NCBI RefSeq assembly: GCF_023055435.1
Contig: NW_025963835.1
Coordinates: 22,196,001 to 22,260,000 of the forward strand
Direction: 5' to 3'
DNA length: 64,000 bases
Source: Haliotis rufescens
Lineage: Eukaryota
The notes under the pieces were generated by a model. The model was not told where the DNA came from, did not search any database, and saw only the letters and a list, made by a program, of their open reading frames with translations. Position numbers and translations under genes: made by a program. Below, piece after piece: positions 30,710 through 47,774 of this stretch. Each line of letters begins with the position of its first letter. Within the stretch, counting starts at the first letter, position 1.

Positions 30710-30872
30710 GGGGCGGTCGGGTAGCCTAGTGGTTAAAGCGTTCTCTCGTCACGCCGAAGGCCCGGGTTCGATTCCCGACATGTGTACAATGTGTGAAACC
30801 CATTTCTGGTGTCCCCCGCCGTCATATTGCTCGAATATTGCTAAAACCGGAGTAAAACCATACTCACCCACT
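30710..30872 (+). mobile_element. SINE family 1, TSD caaacagcaggc
   Basis: TAGCCTAGTGG A box, GGTTCGATTCC B box, GTC at the anticodon position. Confidence 0.9.
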
Positions 30873-30969
30873 CAAACAGCAGGCTGTATAGAGCCGTGGG
30901 GGATATGGTGAAGGTAAGGTGACTGGCATATCGACATAATTATAATCAAGACGAACACAACCTACTATG

Positions 30970-31228
30970 TTTGTTTGTGTGTTGTTTAACGCCGCACTCA
31001 GGAATATTCCAGCTATATGACGGCGGTCTGTAAAATAATCGTGTCTGGACCAGACAATCCAGTCATTCAGATCATGAGCATCGATCCACGCAATTGGTAT
31101 CGATGACATGCATCAACCAAGTCAGCGAGCCCGATCCCGTTAGTCGCCTTTTACGACAAGCATAGTCGCCTTTAATGGCAAGTATTGGTTGCTGAAGACA
31201 TATTCTACCCCGGAATCTTCACGGGTCC
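30970..31228 (-). mobile_element. SINE-like family 3 (structured non-tRNA head, GTCGTAAGAGGCGAC hairpins, (AAAC)n tail), TSD aacctactatg
   Basis: TSD at 30959-30969 and 31229-31239; related copies throughout the window. Confidence 0.85.
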
Positions 31229-31249
31229 AACCTACTATGAAGAGATTGA

Positions 31250-31393
31250 NNNNNNNNNNNNNNNNNNNNNNNNNNNNNNNNNNNNNNNNNNNNNNNNNNN
31301 NNNNNNNNNNNNNNNNNNNNNNNNNNNNNNNNNNNNNNNNNNNNNNNNNNNNNNNNNNNNNNNNNNNNNNNNNNNNNNNNNNNNNNNNNNNNN
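31250..31393. other. Assembly gap (N)
   Basis: N run. Confidence 1.
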
Positions 31394-31967
31394 TCACCTT
31401 TTGAGATACATAATTATATATGAATAAATAAATAAATCTCATTACTATTCAATAAAATTTAGAATATAAAAATAACGTATAATCATCAACATCTGATTGA
31501 AACTAAACATTTTTGCAATGCTACTGTCGTCTGATTATTTGGTAGAGATATAACAAAAAATCATAATAAAATGGACACATATAGCCCCCAACTCGTTACA
31601 TTGCAGGAGAATTCAAATCACGTCACTTGACTTTGCGCTTCGGTGGGTCAGTAAACAATAAACATTTGGGACAATCAAATGTACAATTATGGGGGAAAAC
31701 ACCATGCAATAACGAAACATAGTCCCTAAGAATTTGGGATATGGTACCAAATTGTCAGAGATTGCATGTTAATTCAAGCCTAATGCGGTGCTCCATCGTT
31801 AAAAAGATAACATTATTTCATTGATTTAATGAAAACTTCCTGTGGTCTGAAAAGCATAATGTCCCCTTTCGAGTTGAACAGTGTGATTAAAAAAGTAATG
31901 TTTTACGACGCTTTAAACAATAGCATGAACGTTTACTAAGTTTGTACTCCACGTTAACTTCTTACGA

Positions 31968-32110
31968 ATCCATGTTTTATCCTTAATGCCGAGCGCCAGG
32001 CAGGAAAACAACAATTACGATATTTCAACGTCTTTTGGTATGACGCGGCTGGGGATCGAACCACCGACCTTCCGCTTTAAGGGCAGACGCTATTTCCACA
32101 AGACCACGGA
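31968..32110 (-). mobile_element. SINE family 4, 5' fragment (another at about 41030-41162)
   Basis: tRNA head plus core, reverse complement of 61132-61280. Confidence 0.72.
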
Positions 32111-32511
32111 GTTACGAATTCGTGTGACACATATGTGATTGTAGACGTTCGTTGTATGCTACTATATATGGTAAGTATTACTATACTTTTAGAGTAGGTT
32201 CCCAGCATTCTAGTGTTCGTCGAGAGGGTGTTAATTGGATCGCATCGTCAGGCTTGTAATATAGCTGGAGTATTGCAGCATGCCACCAGCAATAAAGCAT
32301 AGAAGGTTTGATTCATCCTGTACCCATTTCTCTTTCTCCACGCAAGCAATAGCCTATTCTCAATACAATCCCCTTTCGCATATAATGTATTTTATACAAA
32401 ATGTTGCAGCTTCTACGTTCTTTTTAAAACAGACTTAAACGTCGGTGAAAACCGTACTTATAGTTAAATCCTGTCAACACAATTTCCCCTTGCGAAAAAT
32501 ATTCCAAAATA

Positions 32512-32686
32512 CAGTAAACTACGGTTGTTACGAACTCAAAGGGACCACTTATTTTAGTTCGTTATAACCGTAGTTCGTTATAAGCATATATACAGCATAT
32601 ATGCAACACATAGACGGGACTACAAAATAAATTCGTTATATCGGTCAGTTCGTTATAAGCATGTTCTTTATAACCGTAGTTTACTG
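32512..32686. mobile_element. Tc1/mariner-type MITE
   Basis: TA-CAGTAAACTACGGTT...AACCGTAGTTTACTG-TA. Confidence 0.88.
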
Positions 32687-32812
32687 TATCTAAATCTTAC
32701 GCCGAGCGTGGAAAATGTTTGAGGCTGTCATATGTAGTGTTTTGTCACAGGGAGGCTATTCCTATAACACCGGCACACTTTTGAATTGATTTCATTGACG
32801 CAGTAGTTCACG

Positions 32813-32937
32813 CACAGGAGTCCGTATCTAAAAATAGACGCCCTCATGCATATTCATGACCATCTCCGCACGCGTGCCCGAAGGAGATGGTCATGAATAT
32901 GCATGAGGGCGTCTATTTTTAGATACGGACTCCTGTG
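32813..32937. mobile_element. Perfect 55-bp-arm palindromic MITE
   Basis: Arms 32813-32867 and 32883-32937, 15-nt spacer, flanks gttcacg and gttcatg. Confidence 0.8.
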
Positions 32938-33422
32938 GTTCATGTGACATACTCCTCAATGTTGTTGAGACCATCCCTGCTAAATCCACACCATCAGTCG
33001 AGAGGACTACAAACCTGACCGAATTAACGCGGTGAGTCAAACGGGGTCATACCCATCTCGATTTGACCCATATAACGATTAGTTGGGACCGTGACTCGGA
33101 GCACATTCCGATGCAACCATAAGGTCAAAGTACGTTACTCTGTTTTAACCACTTGAACTTGCATAGCTGGTGGCGGGGACTGTGTAAAGAGAGTGGGCGA
33201 AGTACTTTCGAAGCAGTGGAGCATCGAACGTTGTACAGACAAGTAAGGGTACTCAGTACACGCGCATTATCACAGTTTTGAGCACAGATAATGTAACGAG
33301 GCACGAAGGCGTTGTTTATTTCTCTAGTATATTTCTACTACATCGTGATTGGACAATATCGGTATAAGAGCTGAGTTGCCTAACCTTTTACTAATGTTGC
33401 TTATTTGATTAGAAATGCTGAC

Positions 33423-33673
33423 GACCCGTGACGACCCGGGGCATATTAGGCCTTCAGCAACCCATGCTTGCTGTAAAAGGCGACTATTCTTGTCGTAAGA
33501 GGCGACTAACGTGATCGGGTGGTCGGGCTCGCTGACTTGGTTGATGCAAGTCATCGATCCCAATTGCGTCGATCGATGCTCATGATCTGAATGACTGGAT
33601 TGTCTGGTCCAGGCTCAATTATTTACAGACCGCCGATATATAGGTGGAATATTGCTGAGTTAAACAACAAAAC
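33423..33673 (+). mobile_element. SINE-like family 3
   Basis: Similarity to 30970-31228. Confidence 0.8.
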
Positions 33674-33771
33674 AATTTCTGTATTCAGAAATGTACCCAC
33701 CCATGTTTCAAATCATGACGTCGCCTGTGGTATGTTAATTGTTACATGGGAAAAAGGATGCAGTTGTCCAT

Positions 33772-36700
33772 CAGGATCACAGTGTACAAGTATGTCTCAC
33801 AGTGACGGCTGTAGGATCACAGTGTACAAGTATGTCTCACAGTGACGGCTGTATGATCACAGTGTACAAGTATGTCTCACAGTGACGGCTGTATGATCAC
33901 AGTGTACAAGTATGTCTCACAGTGACGGCTGTATGATCACAGTGTACAAGTATGTCTCACAGTGACGGCTGTATGACCACTGTGTACAAGTATGTCTCAC
34001 AGTGACGGCTGTAGGATCACAGTGTACTAGTATGTCTCACAGTGACGGCTGTATGATCACAGTGTACAAGTATGTCTCACAGTGACGGCTGTATGATCAC
34101 AGTGTACAAGTATGTCTCACAGTGACGGCTGTATGATCACAGTGTACAAGTATGTCTCACAGTGACGGCTGTATGATCACAGTGTACTAGTATGTCTCAC
34201 AGTGACGGCTGTAGGATCACGGTGTACAAGTATGTCTCACAGTGACGGCTGTAGGATCACAGTGTACAAGTATGTCTCACAGTGACGGCTGTATGATCAC
34301 AGTGTACAAGTATGTCTCACAGTGACGGCTGTATGATCACAGTGTACAAGTATGTCTCACAGTGACGGCTGTATGATCACGGTGTACAAGTATGTCTCAC
34401 AGTGACGGCTGTATGATCACAGTGCATCCGCCTTTGCGTGAGAAATGACTTAAATTTGTCCCATGCTCCCCAAACCTAAAACATTGCTCCATCCACAGAC
34501 ATATACAAACAACAAAGTGAATAAAATATTAAAAAATTTTTTTTATTATTTTATAACTGTCATAATGAGCCAGATAATAAAATGTTTTAAAGGCAATGTT
34601 TGGGCAGTGTGACTAGAAGTGAGTTTTCTATTGCACTCACAACCTGCGTCTACATGTGAACAAAAACTTTCCCATTTCATCATATTTTTCCATATTTTCT
34701 AAAATCCTATAATTACATACCATACAGTATGACGGGCATTATATTACAGTGAACTAGTTTGTAAAACGTAAACGCCGCTTTTAGAACAGACTATACGAAT
34801 ATTACAATCGTTACAACCATTTTTCAACATTACATTACATTACAACATTACAATCATAGCCTCCCTGCTGTGATGCTGCTTCGATTGAAGAGTGACATTA
34901 TAAACTCTTCTAAATCAACCAACACTACAAGGTGTGTGTTTGACGTAGTTGGGTCTAAACGTATGATGAGGTCACACTATGCGATCTGTAGAATTTAGAT
35001 ATAAAAGTACGTTACACGATGCGGGTTGTAGGATATCCATGTACTAACACGCCAGTTTTGCAGTCAATGTAGACGTACGTCACACCACGGGGACTGTCGA
35101 TCTCAGTGCAGCGTAATGTGACTCCGTGCGAACTGTAGGATGACACTATAATGGAACGTCTAACAGTGACGGCTGTAGGATCACAGTGTACTCGTATGTC
35201 TCACAGTGACGGCTGTATGATCACAGTGTACTAGTATGTCTCACAGTGATGGTTGTAGGATCACAATGTACTAGTATGTCTCACAGTGACGGTTGTATGA
35301 TCACAGTGTACTAGTATGTCTCACAGTGACGGCTGTATGATCACAGTGTACTAGTATGTCTCACAGTGACGGCTGTATGACCACAGTGTACTAGTATGTC
35401 TCACAGTGACGGCTGTAGGATCACAGTGTACTAGTATGTCTCACAGTGACGGCTGTAGGATCACAGTGTACTAGTATGTCTCAGAGTGACGGCTGTAGGA
35501 TCACAGTGTACTTGTGTGTCTCACATTGACGGCTGTATGATCACAGTGTACAAGTATGTCTCACAGTGACGGCTGTAGGATCACAGTGTACTAGTATGTT
35601 TCACAGTGGCGGCTGTAGGATCACAGTGTACTAGTATGTCTCACAGTGACGGTTGTAGGATCACAGTGTACTAAATCGTCACACAATGAGGGCTGTATGA
35701 CCATAATGTACTGGCACGTCACACAATGGGCCAAGATAGCAATGCAATCAAACGTCAGACCATGTTGGCTGTAAGATCACGGCTATAGGATCACAGTGTA
35801 CGAGTATGTCTCACAGTGACGGCTGTAGGATCACAGTGTACAAGTATGTCTCACAGTGACGGCTGTATGATCACAGTGAACTAGTACGCCTCCGTGACGG
35901 CTGTAGGATCACAGTGTACTAGTATGTCTCACAGTGACGGCTGTAGGATCACAGTGTACAAGTATATCTCACAGTGACGGTTGTAGGATCTAAATGTACT
36001 GGTACGTCTCACATTGACGGCTGTAGGATCACAGTGTACTAGTTTGTTTCACAGTGACGGCTGTAGGATCACAGTGTACTAGTTTGTTTCACAGTGACGG
36101 CTGTAGGATCACAGTGTACAAGTATGTCTCACAGTGACGGCTGTAGGATCACAGTGTACTAGTATGTTTCACAGTGGCGGCTGTAGGATCACAGTGTACT
36201 AGTATGTCTCACAGTGACGGTTGTAGGATCACAGTGTACTAAATCGTCACACAATGAGGGCTGTATGACCATAATGTACTGGCACGTCACACAATGGGCC
36301 AAGATAACAATGCAATCAAACGTCAGACCATGTTGGCTGTAAGATCACGGCTATAAGATCACAGTGTACGAGTATGTCTCACAGTGACGGCTGTAGGATC
36401 ACAGTGTACAAGTATGTCTCACAGTGACGGCTGTAGGATCACAGTGAACTAGTACGTCTCCGTGACGGCTGTAGGATCACAGTGTACTAGTATGTCTCAG
36501 ACCATGTTGGCTGTAAGATCACGGCTATAGGATCACAGTGTACGAGTATGTCTCACAGTGACGGCTGTAGGATCACAGTGTACAAGTATGTCTCACAGTG
36601 ACGGCTGTAGGATCACAGTGAACTAGTACGTCTCCGTGACGGCTGTAGGATCACAGTGTACTAGTATGTCTCACAGTGACGGCTGTAGGATCACAGTGTA

Positions 36701-38520
36701 CTAGTATATCTCACAGTGACGGTTGTAGGATCTAAATGTACTGGTACGTCTCACATTGACGGCTGTAGGATCACAGTGTACTAGTTTGTTTCACAGTGAC
36801 GGCTGTAGGATCACAGTGTACTAGTTTGTTTCACAGTGACGGCTGTAGGATCACAGTGTACTAGTATGTCTCCGTGACGGCTGTAGGATCACAGTGCACT
36901 AGTATGTCTCACAGTGACGGCTGTATGATCACAGTGTACAAGTTTGTCTCACATCGACGGCTCTATGATCACAGTGTACAAGTATGTCTCACAGTGACGG
37001 CTGTAGGATCACAGTGTACTTGTACGTCTCACAGTGACGGCTGTAGGATCACAGTGTACTAGTATGTCTCACAGTGACGGTTGTAGGATCACAGTGTACT
37101 AGTATGTCTCCGTGACGGCTGTAGGATCACAGTGTACTGGTATGTCTCACAGTGACGGCTGTAGATTCAGAGTGCACTAGTATATCTCACAGTGACGGTT
37201 GTAGGATCACAATGTACTGGTACGTCTCACAGTGACGGCTGTAGGATCACAGTGTACTAGTTCGTTTCACAGTGACGGCTGTAGGATCACAGTGTACTAG
37301 TTTGTTTCACAGTGACGGCTGTAGGATCACAGTGTACTAGTATGTCTCCGTGACGGCTGTAGGATCACAGTGCACTAGTATGTCTCACAGTGACGGCTGT
37401 ATGATCACAGTGTACAAGTTTGTCTCACATCGACGGCTCTATGATCACAGTGTACAAGTATGTCTCACAGTGACGGCTGTAGGATCACAGTGTACTAGTA
37501 CGTCTCACAGTGACGGCTGTAGGATCACAGTGTACTAGTATGTCTCACAGTGACGGTTGTAGGATCACAGTGTACTAGTATGTCTCCGTGACGGCTGTAG
37601 GATCACAGTGTACTGGTATGTCTCACAGTGACGGCTGTAGATTCACAGTGTACTAGTATATCTCACAGTGACGGTTGTAGGATCACAATGTACTGGTACG
37701 TCTCACAGTGACGGCTGTAGGATCACAGTGTACTAGTTTGTTTCACAGTGACGGCTGTAGGATCACAGTGTACTAGTATGTCTCACAGTGACGGCTGTAG
37801 GATCACAGTGTACTAGTATGTCTCAGAGTGACGGCTGTAGGATCACAGTGTACTAGTATGTCTCGAGGTGACGGCTGTAGGATCACAGTGTACTTGTGTG
37901 TCTCACATTGACGGCTGTATGATCACAGTGTACTAGTATGTCTCACAGTGACGGCTGTAGGATCACAGTGTACTGGTATGTCTCACAGTGACGGCTGTAG
38001 GATCACAGTGCAATAGTATGTCTCACATTGACGGCTGTAGGATCACAGTCAAAAGTATGTCTCACAGTGACGGCTGTAGGATCACAGTGCACTAGCAAGT
38101 CTCACAGTGACGGCTGCAGGATCACAGTGTACTAATATGTCTCACTGTGACGACTATAGGATCACAGTGTACTAATATGTCTCACAGTGACGGCTGTAGG
38201 ATCACAGTGTACTAAAGCGTCACAACATGAGGGCTGTAGGATCGCAATGTACTAAACGTCACACCACGGGGGTTGTAGGATCACAATGTACTGGTACGTC
38301 TCACAATGACAGCTCTAGGATCACAGTTTTCACAAACGTAATACCACATGGGCTATATGATCACAATCCACTAAAACATGACACCATGTGGGCTTTAATA
38401 TCGCAATGTACTAAAACATCAAACCATGTGGGATGTAAGATCCAATATACTGGTACGTCACACCATGTGGGATGTAGGACCACTATGTACTAGAACGTCA
38501 TATCATGTTGTCTTTAGGAT
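33772..38520. repeat. 40-bp minisatellite upstream of SULT-B exon 1 (interrupted about 34425-35160)
   Basis: GTAGGATCACAGTGTACTAGTATGTCTCACAGTGACGGCT. Confidence 0.95.
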
Positions 38521-38968
38521 CTGAATGACAAAGAACGTCACGCCATATGCGGACTGTTGGATATCAGTGTTCTGTTAATGTCACACATGGAGGGCTACAG
38601 GATCTCAGAGTAACAGCACGTCACACCATATCAAGGCAGTTTCACGTCAGACCTTGAGGCCTGTGTGGTCACACAGTAGTAGCGTGGCACATCACATCAA
38701 GGTGAAAGCACTTTTCAGTTTGCAGATGAAGTGGTCAATAAGAAGTAGTACCACACACTATAATAGCAAAGCAGCCCCTTGACGTCAGTGCATTGTCAAA
38801 ATTTAAGTCTTTCCGGAAACGTTGTTTGTTCGAAAATACCCATTCTTAGCAAAATGTCACTATTCACTGTATGACATGTTTCTTTTCAGATTCAAATCGC
38901 GCGTGACCATTTAGACGCTTCAGACACTCTGCTCACCAGGTGAACGAACAAGACGACCTTCCGTCACC

Positions 38969-43969
<5,001 letters not shown>

Positions 43970-44853
43970 CTGTTGTTGACAGAAGGGGCGAATTTCAGTG
44001 CGTGTTTGAGAGAATTGGTAGAGTTTTAGAGTTGATAGGAGTGTGAGTTTATGCTTTACGTCACATCGGCAATATGTCAGCCATATCTGACGATAGAGTT
44101 GATAGGATTGGCTGGAGTTGATAGTAAATGAAAGCGGGGAGTGCGATGTGGAGTAATTGGAAGCGCCGAGAACGGGTGATGAGGAAGAAGTGAGTTCATT
44201 GGCAAGATGCTGTGGAGTGGCTGGACTGACTAGAACGCCTAGCGTCAGCGAGCAACGGGAATGTGTTTGTAGAGACGTAGATTGAGGGCGTGTCACCACC
44301 GATTTTCAGTAATTCATTCATATAATTTTCACCGGATGTTTGCCTTATTCTCTAGCATTGACGTATCAATCCATATGCCTCTTGTTTGATAGTGTGATAT
44401 ATTTACATATTCTGTTATTATATTGCAACTGAAATATTAGGTCTACACATTCAGATAACAATATGATCCTCGCATTACGGTCAGGCAGTCGTCCATGTGT
44501 ACTTAGCGTACTGTTTTCGGGACAAAATGATAGCGTGACTGAATTCTGTATGAAAGCAGACACTATGTCCTGAGGGTGTTTGTGTGCACGGAACAAGGCG
44601 CCAGCTTGTGTCAATAGGCATGTGCGAACATAGCGTGAATGGGTAGCAAAGTTCGACTTTTGTATCTTTATATCAATGATGAGCTGTATACCTGAAAGTC
44701 AATAAAAGAATTTCCATTTGAACCTTGGTGACTCATCATTCTGATGCAACTGCCACGACAACAAAGTATATTTAAGAGGCTGATCGTTCAGTGGTGAGTA
44801 TATGTTGTGTTACGGTGCGTAGTGTAACGTATGTAGTCTCTCTTGACCAACTT

Positions 44854-45476
44854 NNNNNNNNNNNNNNNNNNNNNNNNNNNNNNNNNNNNNNNNNNNNNNN
44901 NNNNNNNNNNNNNNNNNNNNNNNNNNNNNNNNNNNNNNNNNNNNNNNNNNNNNNNNNNNNNNNNNNNNNNNNNNNNNNNNNNNNNNNNNNNNNNNNNNNN
45001 NNNNNNNNNNNNNNNNNNNNNNNNNNNNNNNNNNNNNNNNNNNNNNNNNNNNNNNNNNNNNNNNNNNNNNNNNNNNNNNNNNNNNNNNNNNNNNNNNNNN
45101 NNNNNNNNNNNNNNNNNNNNNNNNNNNNNNNNNNNNNNNNNNNNNNNNNNNNNNNNNNNNNNNNNNNNNNNNNNNNNNNNNNNNNNNNNNNNNNNNNNNN
45201 NNNNNNNNNNNNNNNNNNNNNNNNNNNNNNNNNNNNNNNNNNNNNNNNNNNNNNNNNNNNNNNNNNNNNNNNNNNNNNNNNNNNNNNNNNNNNNNNNNNN
45301 NNNNNNNNNNNNNNNNNNNNNNNNNNNNNNNNNNNNNNNNNNNNNNNNNNNNNNNNNNNNNNNNNNNNNNNNNNNNNNNNNNNNNNNNNNNNNNNNNNNN
45401 NNNNNNNNNNNNNNNNNNNNNNNNNNNNNNNNNNNNNNNNNNNNNNNNNNNNNNNNNNNNNNNNNNNNNNNNNNNN
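44854..45476. other. Assembly gap (N)
   Basis: N run. Confidence 1.
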
Positions 45477-46884
45477 CGCCATCTCTTAATTGGACTATTG
45501 CTGTGTGAGGCGCAAACAACAAACATACAACTTTAAAACCTAAAAAGCTGTGTAAAGAAAGTCAGTCTGGTTATTTACGTATCCTAGACACCTGACCTAG
45601 ATTAGATGGATGACCGTAAAGTGGAGAATTTATATTGTGTTGTCGCATCACCGCTTGTCCCCACCAGCGCCTGACAGCCGTAAGGAAACTACACGCGGCC
45701 CAGTGAGGAGGCCGCTCCATCCACACGTGCAAGTATTCCGATTGAGTCACTGTGTTTGTCAATGTGAATGTCAGGGTAATACTATCTTGTTCACGGTTTT
45801 GATAAGGCACATCACGTAACGGCGCGCAGCTGTGTGATATAAACAAATATCGTACCCTATGAATAGGCTAGATAGAGCAGGACCTGACTGTTCGAAAGGA
45901 TTTTGGTTAAGAGTAATCTCAACAACTCACCTTTATAGAAAGGTATGGTGCCGTTAGTTTACAACAACAACAACAATAATAATAATAATAATAAATGTCA
46001 CGCTTGCATCCCAAGTACCAAGTTTTCCGACTCCCCATTGTTCTTGATGCCTTAGGTTTGGTACCTTCCAATCTGTTGACTGATATTGGGAGAGTACCCA
46101 GGTTTGCTACCAGGAATACTCCTGATACGCCACGGAGGCGGTCCTGTGTCAAGGTGATGTTAGACGTCAAGTTTATTCAAAGTTTGAAATAGTACAATTG
46201 TCATTGCCTTTGGTGGTATGCTGGTAACACCACGAGATTGCAAACTGAATATTAGAGTTAGGTTTATGGTCAAAGTTTATACATGTATACATGACATCAC
46301 CTTAATAACTGCTAAGGTAAAATGAGGTAGGGGTAGTGTAAAATAATGTGTTACACGTTACAATATTACGTGTTATAATGTGCTATCGCAAACCATTGGA
46401 CCGTAAAGTATATATGACAGTCCTAGTAAAGCAACTCGGAGCACGTTGTATTTGATGTGTTTGTTTGTTGTTTAACGCTGCACTAGGAAATAAATAAAGT
46501 CAGCGAGCCTGACCGACCACCTGATCCACATTGTTCACCTCGTATGACCAGCATTTTTGTTTGTTGTTTAACGCTGCACTCAGCAATATGCCAGCTATGT
46601 CAAGGCGACCTGCAAGTAATACAATCTAGACTATATTCAGTCAGCTATATCGAGAGCAAAGAGTCACCTCGTCAGGGTACAATATACGCACTTTTCCAAG
46701 TCGCTGAGCCTGACCTTCTGATTAATTTTGTCGCCTCTTACGACATGCACACGTGCATGTTTTGTTTTTGTTTTTCGTCGCCGCACGCAGCAATATTCCA
46801 GCTATATATTCCGTCTGTAAGTAAACGAGTCTGGACCAGACAATCCAGTGTCTGAGGTCATGAGCATCGATCTACGCAAATGGG

Positions 46885-46964
46885 GTGAGGTGAGGTGAGG
46901 TGAGGTGAGGTGAAATGGGGTTTAACGTCGCGTCAAAGATTATTGCACTTATATAGCGACGTGC

Positions 46965-47008
<44 letters not shown>

Positions 47009-47232
47009 CTGCTTATACTACTTCGGACTGATGCCAATTTATAGTGCTAGCTCACTGAGATACCATGCCGCAGTTTAACATGAATACCCAACTCAGTCAC
47101 CGTGTACTGACTCCGAGCCGACCAGTCCTTGTTTTAGCCCCTTAATGCCAAGCGCCAGACAGGGTAAATACAAGTACCATCTTTTAACGTATGTTGGTAT
47201 CGAACGCTCTACCACTAGACCACAGAGGCGGT
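46885..47232 (-). mobile_element. SINE family 4 with (GT)n and (GAGGT)n tail
   Basis: Similarity to 39455-39758. Confidence 0.82.
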
Positions 47233-47381
47233 TTACGCAATTGGGATACGTGACGTGCATCAACCAAGTCAGCGAGTCTGACAACCCGATACCGTTAGTC
47301 GCCTCTTACGAACGGCAGAGTCGCCTTTTACGGCAATCAGGGGTTGCTGAACACCTATTTTAACCCGGATCTTCACGGGTC
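47233..47381 (-). mobile_element. SINE-like family 3, 5' part (3' part at about 46760-46884, split by a family-4 SINE)
   Basis: TACGCAA repeated at the junctions 46873 and 47234. Confidence 0.75.
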
Positions 47382-47774
47382 ACACATATATGTTGTTGTG
47401 GAGCTTTTGTAACCCGGAAACCGCATGGGTTACTTGAAGTTTGCATCATATCGCAGCGTTCAGGTGTTGTCATTTGACCGGAAAAGCATATAACGTGCAT
47501 GGTTAAGTGAGACAATGAATAAAAAATAATTTTGGGAGAGGTTTTAAGCGAAAGGAGTTGAATGTTTGAAGCAGTGACAAAACAAATGGTCCATTTCTAG
47601 CATAAATCCTAGGTATCTTGATTAGATAATTATATGTATTTCCGGCATAATTATATCGTATCCGGTTTGGGAAAATCTATAACAAAGAATATAACTTTAA
47701 TCAATCCCCTCGTTATACTTCATTTTCAGACGCTCTGTTCATAGGATTGACGAATTCGACGACCTGCAGTCGCC

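Noticed and set aside
30710-30785. tRNA-Asp-like sequence (and other A/B-box heads at 4044, 61132, 62176)
   Set aside because: No proper acceptor stem; continues into a SINE body with tail and TSD, so these are SINE heads, not tRNA genes
33772-38520. Regular repeat arrays resembling CRISPR
   Set aside because: Head-to-tail units with no unique spacers, no cas genes, eukaryotic intron-exon context
44772-45526. ORFs spanning N runs (also 31140-31442 and 53838-54243)
   Set aside because: Artefacts of assembly gaps
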